In this document: in pieces, positions 27,801-35,852 of the stretch | How positions within the stretch are numbered: the first letter of the stretch is position 1 | How the letters are laid out: each line of letters begins with the position of its first letter | Virus record (IMG/VR): IMGVR_UViG_3300035698_011365 | Location: 1-64,000 of that record | Direction: 5' to 3' (one strand) | DNA length: 64,000 nucleotides | Source of the DNA: a virus | Position numbers and translations under genes: made by a program | Notes under the pieces: generated by a model | What the model saw: the letters and a program-made list of their open reading frames with translations, nothing else | What the model was told of the DNA's origin: nothing | Database searches by the model: none

Positions 27801-28451
27801 ACATTTGCAGTAACAGTATCTGCAGACATTATATCAAGTACCACTGCTAGTGCTGCTATTGATACAGGAAGCTGGCCGGGAGTTACTCTTGATCTTGATA
27901 TTATCGTAAATTCCGGTGTCGTTGTAAGAGGACGAGGGGGTAACGGGGGTGCGGGTGGTAATGGAGATATTACAGGTAATGGTGGTGGAGCTGGTGGTAT
28001 CGGTATCAAACTTAACGAAGATTGTAATATTTCTCTTGGTTCTACAGCTCGTGTCTCCGGTGGAGCAGGAGGAGGCGGCGGCGGAGGTGGTTATGAAGAT
28101 CCTGAAGGTGCTGGTGTTGGTTATGGTGGCGGAGGAGGAGGAGGTTGGCCTCTAGGAGCTGCAGGTAATGGCCCGGGAAGTGCTACTAACGGTACAGCAG
28201 GTACTGCAACAGAAGGCGGTGCTAATGGTACTGGCTTTAATTTCGGTGGTAATGGTGGTGCAGGTGGTGACAGAATATCCACATACAGCCCTGAAGCAGG
28301 AACAAATGGTGTAACAGGAGCAGCAGGTGATCCGAACACCAATAGCGGCGGGCCGGGAGGCGCTGAAGGTGACGCTATTGATAAAAATGGGTATTCGTGT
28401 ACTATATCCGGTGCAGGCTCATCAAATACATATGATGTAGTTTCAACTTAA
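24828..28451 (+). CDS. Tail fibre / receptor-binding protein
   Basis: N4-type anchor (AYNNIKQVADNL), ~250-aa collagen region, FN3-like domain, TipJ-like F.VLADEF segment, two YxxGDxV carbohydrate-binding repeats, Gly-rich tip. Confidence 0.88.
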   Translation: MAVTPKTSNVGGVQIHVDAAYNNIKQVADNLEALLALENYFSNMNGIYLGEFASAPSLRGDTTALQNGDHYFNTDNTIMYTYLDSAWIYSPVFYTQAALNTAVGAGPFHTWVAYADDNIGTGISEQPGSREYIGFALGNSVAAVSILDPDIFNWSKITGADGIDGVDGADGAQGIQGDAGAAGLDGADGSDGAKGDQGDQGIKGDTGDTGATGAAGGTGATGSPGITGDTGPKGDIGLTGSTGLTGPAGTDGADGATGPAGSAGAKGDKGDTGSQGITGATGLTGDNGIPGTAGLSGIAGPAGATGSKGDKGDTGLTGSTGAAGIDGIDGSDGTNGTNGSTGATGATGTTGPTGAKGDTGSTGATGAGGSTGAQGPQGIQGLTGDTGAQGIKGDKGDTGDAGADGSDGNVVIQTPVEPSSISVYPLSESIRITWSVPNYSGHWYTKIYRTTWDGITPPTFDEGDFLQSVQGDYFDYAVTPDTDYYYWLKHVNLDGTESTVSGGNGTKTLIGVSDDIDWVTLSNLDAVLEARLNQIDTTLIDGEAGLLGAMAAIRGEYDILDAAFADVEDDLIDASTGLYKQFSDLSEAYTITAGVVGDNSAGLVFDVGAQGAHFFFKTNVNGHIAGYGLSNTLNEEGNATAQFAVLADEFIVAHPDNTETVPFYISGGVTYLTEAFVKELTANKIIAGTVAASQIYIGSDLFELKGDVNSESKGALIIQNVAKTTELVRLGYSADGASVGLFLKDHAGTDIFTAGTTLAGDMLNSGTIWADVSGTTDAPDDNATRDVYQGNYDAGTAYIVGDTVLESGNIYRNILASTGNTPPNGTYWTLFITGGLFKDIKFKASAAVPSTPTGASPVDWTDHVPATGGTVFQSFALKDQNGSVIGAWSTPTVYIGRFKGAYSGGTDYFLGDSVTQGGSTYICLDETTDGISGQAPPTGAGSNTYWDPLAIKGDQGDEPTTFNETLTWSSGANLNLRDQADILGYDGVGDATFAVTVSADIISSTTASAAIDTGSWPGVTLDLDIIVNSGVVVRGRGGNGGAGGNGDITGNGGGAGGIGIKLNEDCNISLGSTARVSGGAGGGGGGGGYEDPEGAGVGYGGGGGGGWPLGAAGNGPGSATNGTAGTATEGGANGTGFNFGGNGGAGGDRISTYSPEAGTNGVTGAAGDPNTNSGGPGGAEGDAIDKNGYSCTISGAGSSNTYDVVST

Positions 28452-28468
28452 CAACTTAAGGGTACAAT

Positions 28469-28879
28469 ATGACTGATAAGAAAAAGAAGATAATTAAAAA
28501 AACTCCTGCTAAAAAAGCAGCAGTTAAGAAAACTAAACCTAAGAAAGTAGGCCTACCTAAGCCAGTGATGAAACCAAAGAACATTGGTAAAGTAGCTGGA
28601 GTTAAGAAACCGGTTAAGAAGCCAGTTACTAAACCTACAGTAAAAAAAGCCGCACCTAAACCTAAAGCGGCTGTTAAACCTAAACCAGCACCTAAGCAGG
28701 TTTATAAACCAGTAGCTCCTACAGCTACTCCTATAATCGAGGAGAAGACCGTGAAGAGTAATAAAAAAGTAATCTTTTTAGTAGCCGGACTAGCACTACT
28801 AATTGCAGTGTTCCTAGTGGTTCGCTCTACTGATGACGATGTCATTGATAACAGTTCCATTGCTGAAGGCGATCTTTAA
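28469..28879 (+). CDS. Histone-H1-like Lys/Pro/Ala-rich protein with C-terminal TM helix
   Basis: KKTPAKKAAVKK...PKPK repeats, then VIFLVAGLALLIAVFLVV. Confidence 0.7.
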   Translation: MTDKKKKIIKKTPAKKAAVKKTKPKKVGLPKPVMKPKNIGKVAGVKKPVKKPVTKPTVKKAAPKPKAAVKPKPAPKQVYKPVAPTATPIIEEKTVKSNKKVIFLVAGLALLIAVFLVVRSTDDDVIDNSSIAEGDL

Positions 28880-29028
28880 TGAAAAGCCTTCTGGTAATAT
28901 GCTGTTTAGCTTTATCAGCGTGTGGAGGAGGTAATACTCCTCCTACCGATAAAGGCTTGAGTATTCCGTCTGGTAAGGCTTTCTGTGAAGATTACCCTGA
29001 CCACGAATTCTGTAATTTAGAGGAATAG
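28879..29028 (+). CDS. Small lipoprotein (not in the ORF track)
   Basis: MKSLLVICCLALSA-CGGG lipobox; PSGKAFCEDYPDHEFC. Confidence 0.75.
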   Translation: MKSLLVICCLALSACGGGNTPPTDKGLSIPSGKAFCEDYPDHEFCNLEE

Positions 29029-29032
29029 GATC

Positions 29033-29431
29033 ATGAGCCGTAAAGCATTAGGCCCAATATTCAGAGAGATGAAACGCATCTTCATATGGACATCAGACAA
29101 GAAGCAGTACAAACGTATTGATGATTGGCGTGTACCTGAGCTCAGTAAAGATGGTAAGCTTAGAGATGATTGTGATGGTTTTATCACTTATGCACATAAG
29201 TTAATAAGAAAAGTTTTGCCTGATAAAGACAAAGTTAAAATGTTTCCTATATACTGTAAGACACCTGAAGGTGGACACGTAATTCTTGCTGTAGAGTGTG
29301 ACGATCGACAGTATATATTTGATAACAGACAGGCTCGTATAGTAAGCTTGGACTTCTTAAAACGTAGAGAATACTCCGATTTTAGAAAACCCAAAGGCTC
29401 AATATCAGGTAAGTGGTATCCACTGGATTAG
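29033..29431 (+). CDS. Transglutaminase-like cysteine protease (BTLCP/LapG family)
   Basis: WTSD...Y...DDW, DDCDGF (Cys), GHVILAV (His), YIFDNR (Asp). Confidence 0.82.
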   Translation: MSRKALGPIFREMKRIFIWTSDKKQYKRIDDWRVPELSKDGKLRDDCDGFITYAHKLIRKVLPDKDKVKMFPIYCKTPEGGHVILAVECDDRQYIFDNRQARIVSLDFLKRREYSDFRKPKGSISGKWYPLD

Positions 29432-29452
29432 ATATATCCATTTTAAATCTAA

Positions 29453-29487
29453 TTGACGGAAGCTGTATATTTACATACACTTCCGTT
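29453..29487 (+). promoter_or_regulatory. Sigma70-type late promoter inside a palindrome
   Basis: TTGACG-17-TACACT overlapped by ACGGAAG...CTTCCGT. Confidence 0.65.
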
Positions 29488-29510
29488 ATTAATGTGTACA
29501 GGAGGCTTAA

Positions 29511-29933
29511 ATGCCTGAAACAATTCTAGAGAAAGCATCAAAAAACTTAAAGATGTTAGCAACAGTGTTTACTAGTGCAGGTATATTAATAGCGGGTAGT
29601 GTAAGCATGTGGGCTTATAACAGCTGGGCTGCAGATGATGTAGATTTAGAAGAAAGATTTAAATCCCTTTTAATTAGTCAACAAGCTTTTGATAGTGTAA
29701 GTCGTATGAGACTTAAGAGAGACATCGAAAAAGACCAGTTAGAAGATATTGAGGATGATATAAGAGATCTCAAAAGAGAGAGAAATTTAAATATAAGACA
29801 AGGAATTGCTCCGGAGCCCTCACTTGAAGACGATATTGAAGATCTTGAAGAAGAGAGAGATGAGCAAGAACGGCAGCTTGAATCAATAGAACGCGACTTA
29901 AATTACATATTGGATACACCCCCTGATGTCTGA
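29511..29933 (+). CDS. TM plus acidic coiled-coil protein (lysis cassette)
   Basis: N-terminal TM and heptad EDDIEDLEEE repeats. Confidence 0.65.
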   Translation: MPETILEKASKNLKMLATVFTSAGILIAGSVSMWAYNSWAADDVDLEERFKSLLISQQAFDSVSRMRLKRDIEKDQLEDIEDDIRDLKRERNLNIRQGIAPEPSLEDDIEDLEEERDEQERQLESIERDLNYILDTPPDV

Positions 29934-30372
29934 ATATTTCGAAGCAGAGCACCCTGATCTAGTAAACCATGTAGAATTTAAAAAGAGATGGCCTGATTTT
30001 ATTCCATCTGAATTGGCTTGCTCATGTTGTAACAAGATTAAGATACAATATACATTTATGGATAACATTCAAAAGATTAGAGATGAGTCAGGGATTGTGA
30101 TGGCTATTTCTAGCGCTTATAGATGTCCTAAGCACAATGCTTCTGTATCAGCCACTAAGAGCACCACAGGGCCTCATACAACAGGCCATTCAGTAGATAT
30201 AGTAGTTTCTAGTGCTGCAGCGAGAAAGCTTACCCGTGTGGCTCTTAAAAGAGAGTATAGAATGACAGGTATAGGTATTAAGCAAAAAGGTGACTATAAG
30301 AAGAGATTCCTTCACTTTGATAACTTGCCTAAAGGAAAAAACCAACCCCGGCCGCATATGTGGTCATACTAG
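29926..30372 (+). CDS. Endolysin, peptidase M15 family
   Basis: F..SELACSCC, ISSAYRCPKHN, HTTGHSVDI, FLHFD. Confidence 0.9.
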   Translation: MSEYFEAEHPDLVNHVEFKKRWPDFIPSELACSCCNKIKIQYTFMDNIQKIRDESGIVMAISSAYRCPKHNASVSATKSTTGPHTTGHSVDIVVSSAAARKLTRVALKREYRMTGIGIKQKGDYKKRFLHFDNLPKGKNQPRPHMWSY

Positions 30373-30381
30373 GAGAAGACA

Positions 30382-30525
30382 ATGTTAGATCTATTAGCTT
30401 ATCTACTTGCAGTTCTTTGGCTTGCTGAACGAGTCGGTAAATGGATTCCAGACGATGCTACTGGTGTTCTTGGATGGATTCGCAAAGCAGGTAAAACTAT
30501 TTCTATGTACACAGAGAATAAGTAA
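30382..30525 (+). CDS. Small membrane protein (holin/antiholin candidate)
   Basis: Hand-translated 47 aa MLDLLAYLLAVLWLAERVGKWIPDD...; AGGAG RBS. Confidence 0.6.
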   Translation: MLDLLAYLLAVLWLAERVGKWIPDDATGVLGWIRKAGKTISMYTENK

Positions 30526-30857
30526 TGCTTGCGCCTAAAACCACAAAACAAAACAAAAGCAGAGGAACCCGCCGTGCCATACTTAAAGGTGCGGCTGGTA
30601 TGCTTTGTGGAATATTCTGTATTGTTCTTGTTGGTTTGGCTAATGAAGATGTAGCGAATCGAGCAGTGTTAATGTTTGGTATTATATCTCTTATTGGAGG
30701 CTGTGCAGTAACAGTTATCATTACATATATGAGTGCAGCAGCACATGAAGACAAAGGCTCAGAAGTAGAACCTGATCCAATTCCAGAAGAGAAGTGTGAA
30801 GAAATTACAGTCAGTGTAAAAAAGCACAGCCATACATCATGGGAGGACGAATTGTAA
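30525..30857 (+). CDS. Holin candidate
   Basis: Two TM helices, basic N-terminus, charged C-terminus, located between endolysin and spanins. Confidence 0.6.
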   Translation: MLAPKTTKQNKSRGTRRAILKGAAGMLCGIFCIVLVGLANEDVANRAVLMFGIISLIGGCAVTVIITYMSAAAHEDKGSEVEPDPIPEEKCEEITVSVKKHSHTSWEDEL

Positions 30858-31381
30858 TGTTTGCTTTTCTAGCAAGTCCATTAGTAAAGTGGGTAGCCAT
30901 AGCCGGAGCAGCTACAGTAGCTATTTGGTATGGCTCAGTACAGGTTAAAAGTGCCCTTATGACATGGAACCAAATGAATAAGAATATTGGTGAATACCAG
31001 CAAAAAGAAAAACAAAATACTGACGATCTTAATGCTTTACAAGGCTTGTTAACTGCAAAGAATATAGAACTATTAGATATGCAGGTAAAGTTCGTTAAGA
31101 ACGAGACAGCCCTTAATGCGATAATGGAGAGATATGACGATGTTAATCAAACTTTACAAGAGCATCAGCTCAATACTCTTATGGTTCGTAAACCCGGCCT
31201 TATGGAGGGTGTCTATAATCGTGGCACTGATAAGTATTATCGGATGCGCGAAGAGTCAAGAGCCGCCCCTTACAACCATTACATTACCCCAAGAACTGAG
31301 TTGCCCAATACCATTAGAATTGATCCCCCCGAAACCAGAGCAATTGGCACCGGTGGAGTGGACGATCCTAGTAGTAACTGA
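30857..31381 (+). CDS. i-spanin (Rz-like)
   Basis: Start MFAFL after GGAGG; N-terminal TM plus coiled coil. Confidence 0.7.
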   Translation: MFAFLASPLVKWVAIAGAATVAIWYGSVQVKSALMTWNQMNKNIGEYQQKEKQNTDDLNALQGLLTAKNIELLDMQVKFVKNETALNAIMERYDDVNQTLQEHQLNTLMVRKPGLMEGVYNRGTDKYYRMREESRAAPYNHYITPRTELPNTIRIDPPETRAIGTGGVDDPSSN

Positions 31382-31553
31382 TCAGGAAACAGGAGAAGTA
31401 AAAGGATATGCTGCTTTAGACGAAGCTAATTATAGGAATTGGGTCTTCAATAATGTAGCAGCGAGTAAATGGGAAGACTTAGCATCCTCTCAATTGATAC
31501 AGTACTTAGATGAAAAACAAACAATTTATAAAATTCCCGGATCAGAACAATAA
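31134..31553 (+). CDS. o-spanin (Rz1-like lipoprotein) overlapping Rz
   Basis: Lipobox SIIG-C followed by a Pro-rich region, in another frame; true start probably near 31209. Confidence 0.7.
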   Translation: MTMLIKLYKSISSILLWFVNPALWRVSIIVALISIIGCAKSQEPPLTTITLPQELSCPIPLELIPPKPEQLAPVEWTILVVTDQETGEVKGYAALDEANYRNWVFNNVAASKWEDLASSQLIQYLDEKQTIYKIPGSEQ

Positions 31554-31562
31554 GGAAATGCA

Positions 31563-32045
31563 ATGAGTACAGATAAACCAGAGCACATGGCGGATAGCTC
31601 CAAGTATATGTTTGGTCTTTTAATAACTTGCCTGATTGGGATGGTAAGTTATGTATGGGTAAGCCGAGACAGTGATGTAAACATACTTGCTGAAAAAGTA
31701 GGTGAACTGGCTGTATCTACCGGAGCATTGAATGCTAACTTTGCTATTATGCTTGATACAAACAGAATGAACAATAAACAGCTAACTGCAGCGATTATAG
31801 ACCTAAGAACAACTGTTGCTGATCAAGCTCCTGCTTCTATAATCTCAATAAATAACAAAGAAGCTGTTGAAAAAATACAAGATACTATGTGGTCAAGTGC
31901 TGATCATGAAGCCTACGCAGCCAGAACAGATGTACGCAAAGATCAGTTAGAAGAGACAACAAACAGAATTAAGTTTGAGATAGAGAAAATAAAAAATTAT
32001 CTCAAACTAGTTCACGATGAGAACCCACCACAATTTGAAGATTAA
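31563..32045 (+). CDS. TM plus coiled-coil protein
   Basis: Single TM, helical soluble region. Confidence 0.6.
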   Translation: MSTDKPEHMADSSKYMFGLLITCLIGMVSYVWVSRDSDVNILAEKVGELAVSTGALNANFAIMLDTNRMNNKQLTAAIIDLRTTVADQAPASIISINNKEAVEKIQDTMWSSADHEAYAARTDVRKDQLEETTNRIKFEIEKIKNYLKLVHDENPPQFED

Positions 32046-32059
32046 TATAAAGGTGTTAC

Positions 32060-34237
32060 ATGGATATTCTAGAAAAAGCCGAAGATGTGGGTAAAGAGGG
32101 GTTCTCTGGAGATGAGAGCAAAGCCCTTACAGATTGGGCTAATGAGCCTACTGTAGCCGATCTTAAGATGGATCTTACCGATGCTAAGAGTGATGTAGAT
32201 GATCACATCAGCAAAGTAGATACATGGCTTGAGAATCTGAACATAACCGGTCAGGCTGTTGTAAATAACGGTAAGACCCGGTCAAGTATTGTTCCTAAGC
32301 TTATCCGTAAACAAGCTGAGTGGAGATATGCTTCTCTATCTGAACCTTTTCTAAGTACAGCAGATGTATTCAATGTAGATCCAGTAACGTATGAAGATAA
32401 ACAAGCCGCCTATCAAAATGCCCTTATTCTTAATAACCAGTTTAATACTAAAATAGATAAAGTACGTTTTATTGATGAATATATCCGTACAGCAGTGGAT
32501 GAAGGTACTGTTATCGTCAGGACTGGATGGGAATTTGAAGAAGGTGAAGTAGAAGAAGAAGTTGCTGATTGGGATTACGAAGTAACAGAAGATCCTAAGC
32601 AAGCTCAAGAAGTAATGCAGCAAGTACAACAGTTCCAGGAGAATCCTCAAATGCTTGAGGAACTCCCAGAAGAAATGAAAAGAGCTGTAGAACTAACCCA
32701 AGAAAACGGGATGCCTATTGTTCCTGTTCAAGTTGGTTCGCATATGGAAACACGTAATAGGACTATTAAGAACCATCCAACTGTTGAAATATGTAATTAC
32801 AAGAATATCGTTATTGATCCTACCTGTATGGGGGATCTAGATAAAGCAAGCTTTATGTCATATAGCTTCGAAAGTTCTAAAGCAGAGCTTAAGAGGGATG
32901 GCAAATATTCGAATCTAGATAAGATAGTAGTTGATGCTAATTCAGTATTAGCAACACCAGACCACCAAACCAATGATGAAAGTAATTTTGCTTTCCGGGA
33001 TGAGCCTAGAAAGAAAGTAGTAGTCTATGAATATTGGGGTTATTGGGATATCGACGGAGAAGGTGTAGTAGTTCCTGTTGTTGCTGCATGGATCGGTGAC
33101 ACTATGATTCGATTGGATAAGAATCCATTTCCAGATAAGAAGATTCCATTTGTAACTGCTCAGTACCTACCGGTACGTAGATCTATCTATGGTGAACCAG
33201 ATGGTGAGCTTTTAGAAGACAACCAGAAGATTGTAGGTGCCGTTACTCGTGGTATGATCGATATCATGGGTAGAAGCGCCAATGGCCAACAGGGAGTGCG
33301 TAAAGACGCTCTGGACGTTACAAACAAGCGTAAGTTTGATAACGGCGATGATTACGAGTTTAATAGCGGTATGAACGCTAAAGACGCTTTTTATATGCAT
33401 ACATATCCTGAGATTCCTCAATCAGCTCAGTTTATGCTGGGAATGCAGAACAACGAAGCTGAAAGCCTTACCGGTGTCAAAGCTTTCTCAGGGCCTTCAG
33501 GCCTAACAGGACAAGCCCTAGGAGATAGTGTAGGTGGTATTAAATCAGCTATGGATGCTGCTTCTAAAAGAGAGCTTGGAATTCTAAGAAGGCTTTCTGC
33601 AGGTATCAACGAAATAGGTCGTAAGATCATTGCTATGAATGGTGCATGGCTCGAAGAAGATGAAGTAGTTCGTATTACGAATGAAGAGTTTGTACCAATC
33701 AGTAAAGATGATCTAGAAGGTAACTTTGATTTAAGACTGTCCATAAGTACTCCTGAAGCAGATGAAGCTAAAGCTAAAGAATTAGCATTTATGCTTCAAA
33801 CCACAGGACAAACTATGGGCCCAGAATTTAGTCAGATTATATTATCTGATATAGCCAAATTACGTAAGATGCCTGAATTAGCTGCTAAGATTAAGGATTT
33901 TGCTCCACAACCTAATCCTATCGAGCAGAAGAAAGCAGAACTAGAAGTAGCTCTGTTAGAGGCTCAAATCGAAACTGAAAAATCCAAAGCTAGAGAGAAC
34001 AATGCTGAAGCTGGGCTTGATGAAGCCAAGACAAGTAATATCAATAGTGATACGGATCTAAAAGATCTAGACTTCCTTGAACAGGAGTCAGGAACCAAGC
34101 AGGAGAGAGACCTGCAGAAGCAAGACCGAGGAGCTCAAGCAAATATGGACAGTAAACTAGTAGATCACGAACTAAATAAAGATATTAAACGTGAAGAAGC
34201 TAAGTTTGCCGGAAATACTTCGAGTAATTCTCAGTAA
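32060..34237 (+). CDS. Portal protein (N4 gp59-like)
   Basis: LTDWANEP, PKLIRKQAEWRY, GAVTRGMID.MGRSANGQ motifs; synteny. Confidence 0.95.
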   Translation: MDILEKAEDVGKEGFSGDESKALTDWANEPTVADLKMDLTDAKSDVDDHISKVDTWLENLNITGQAVVNNGKTRSSIVPKLIRKQAEWRYASLSEPFLSTADVFNVDPVTYEDKQAAYQNALILNNQFNTKIDKVRFIDEYIRTAVDEGTVIVRTGWEFEEGEVEEEVADWDYEVTEDPKQAQEVMQQVQQFQENPQMLEELPEEMKRAVELTQENGMPIVPVQVGSHMETRNRTIKNHPTVEICNYKNIVIDPTCMGDLDKASFMSYSFESSKAELKRDGKYSNLDKIVVDANSVLATPDHQTNDESNFAFRDEPRKKVVVYEYWGYWDIDGEGVVVPVVAAWIGDTMIRLDKNPFPDKKIPFVTAQYLPVRRSIYGEPDGELLEDNQKIVGAVTRGMIDIMGRSANGQQGVRKDALDVTNKRKFDNGDDYEFNSGMNAKDAFYMHTYPEIPQSAQFMLGMQNNEAESLTGVKAFSGPSGLTGQALGDSVGGIKSAMDAASKRELGILRRLSAGINEIGRKIIAMNGAWLEEDEVVRITNEEFVPISKDDLEGNFDLRLSISTPEADEAKAKELAFMLQTTGQTMGPEFSQIILSDIAKLRKMPELAAKIKDFAPQPNPIEQKKAELEVALLEAQIETEKSKARENNAEAGLDEAKTSNINSDTDLKDLDFLEQESGTKQERDLQKQDRGAQANMDSKLVDHELNKDIKREEAKFAGNTSSNSQ

Positions 34238-34286
34238 CTTTTAATCTATCTCTATCCCACAGGGAAGAGGACACAAAGGAATAACT

Positions 34287-34625
34287 ATGTCTAATGATCT
34301 ACAACAAGTCGAAATCTCTATCAAACAAGCTAGAGACATGATTAAGAAAGCCAAACTCCTAGAACGTCTTTATAAGAACCCTCAGTTTAAAGAGCTTATC
34401 GTAGAAGGCTATTTAAAAGACGAAGCGGTACGACTTGTACTACTAAAGTCTGATCCACAAATGGAATCAGAGGAACGCCAGAAGCAGGTTGATATTGGTA
34501 TTGAAGGTATTGGTTCATTCTACCAACATCTAAACACTATTAGAATGCTAGGTAATAGGGCAAAACAAGATTTAGATGCACATGAAAACACTCGTGATGA
34601 GCTCCACGCTGAGGAAATCAACTAA
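34287..34625 (+). CDS. N4 gp58-like protein
   Basis: LERL..NP.FKELI.EGY..DEAVRLV; synteny. Confidence 0.88.
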   Translation: MSNDLQQVEISIKQARDMIKKAKLLERLYKNPQFKELIVEGYLKDEAVRLVLLKSDPQMESEERQKQVDIGIEGIGSFYQHLNTIRMLGNRAKQDLDAHENTRDELHAEEIN

Positions 34626-35836
34626 TGTCAGATGTGCATGAAAAGGAAGAGGTCGAAGAAGAAACTTTTCTAGACCTATCGGATGAAGAAATTTTAAACA
34701 TGGCTCCTCCAAAAGAGGAGCCTACACCCGAACCTGAAGCAAAAGCTGAAGAAGAACGGGGATCTGAAGAGAAGAAAGAAGAGGAAGAACAGCCGGAGCC
34801 TGAGCTCGAAGCTGAACAAAAAGAGGAAGAAGACGAAGGTGAGGAAGAAGAAAAAACCTCACCACTGGGTGCTTCTGATGATGATGCTGGAGACCCCCCT
34901 CCTGCAGAAGAAGAACCTAAACGTGAAAAACTTACTTTAGAGAAACCGGAAGCGGATAAAGAAAAAGAAGCTAAACCGGACGATAAAGAAGCTGAAGTTG
35001 CTATAGATTATGAAGCTGAATATAAGAAAATCATGGCTCCGTTTAAAGCTAACGGTAAAATGATGTCTCTTAATAAAGCTGAAGAAGCGGTGTCCTTAAT
35101 GTCTATGGGCGCTAACTATAACTTAAAGATGCAGGCTATTAAACCACACCTTAAAGTTATTAAAATGCTTGACAATAATAACTTACTTGACGAAAGTAAG
35201 ATAAGTTATGTAATTGATTTGGTTAAACACAATCCAGATGCTATTACAAAGCTGCTCAAGGATAGTGGTATAGACCCACTCAATGTTGATGTAGAAGAAG
35301 ATTCTAAATATAAGACTACTGCCGCTTACACTGTTACTGATAAAGAAGTAGAACTTGATTCTGTCCTAGATGACATACAGCATACCGAAAGCTATCAAGA
35401 AACAATCGACATCATTAGCAATAAATGGGATGAGCCTAGTAAAAGAATCATTATAGATAACCCCAATGTTATAACTTCAATAAATGAGCAAGTAGGCAGC
35501 GGTGTCTATTCTCAAATTAAAGATGTAATGGAGAGGGAACGAGTCTTAGGCAACTTAAAAGGCCTTTCTGACATCGAAGCATATCAACAAGTTGGTATAT
35601 ATATGCAGGAGAACCACTTATTCAAAGAAGATGAACAAAGTCCTCCACCTCCACAAAAGAATGCAGATACTCCCCCAGCCAAAAAAGATAAGCCAATCGA
35701 TCCAGAGCTCAAAAAGAATAAACTAGCCGCAGGTGGCACTAAAAATGCTCCGTCTAAAGCTCCTAAAAAAGAATATGATATTCTTAATATGAGCGACGAG
35801 GAGATTGAGAAGTTATCTGCAAATGATTTTAATTAA
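34625..35836 (+). CDS. N4 gp57-like scaffold protein
   Basis: Acidic N-terminus, PFKANGK, LMSMGANY..KM, LNMSDEE. Confidence 0.88.
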   Translation: MSDVHEKEEVEEETFLDLSDEEILNMAPPKEEPTPEPEAKAEEERGSEEKKEEEEQPEPELEAEQKEEEDEGEEEEKTSPLGASDDDAGDPPPAEEEPKREKLTLEKPEADKEKEAKPDDKEAEVAIDYEAEYKKIMAPFKANGKMMSLNKAEEAVSLMSMGANYNLKMQAIKPHLKVIKMLDNNNLLDESKISYVIDLVKHNPDAITKLLKDSGIDPLNVDVEEDSKYKTTAAYTVTDKEVELDSVLDDIQHTESYQETIDIISNKWDEPSKRIIIDNPNVITSINEQVGSGVYSQIKDVMERERVLGNLKGLSDIEAYQQVGIYMQENHLFKEDEQSPPPPQKNADTPPAKKDKPIDPELKKNKLAAGGTKNAPSKAPKKEYDILNMSDEEIEKLSANDFN

Positions 35837-35852
35837 CTAAGGAGCCCCAATA

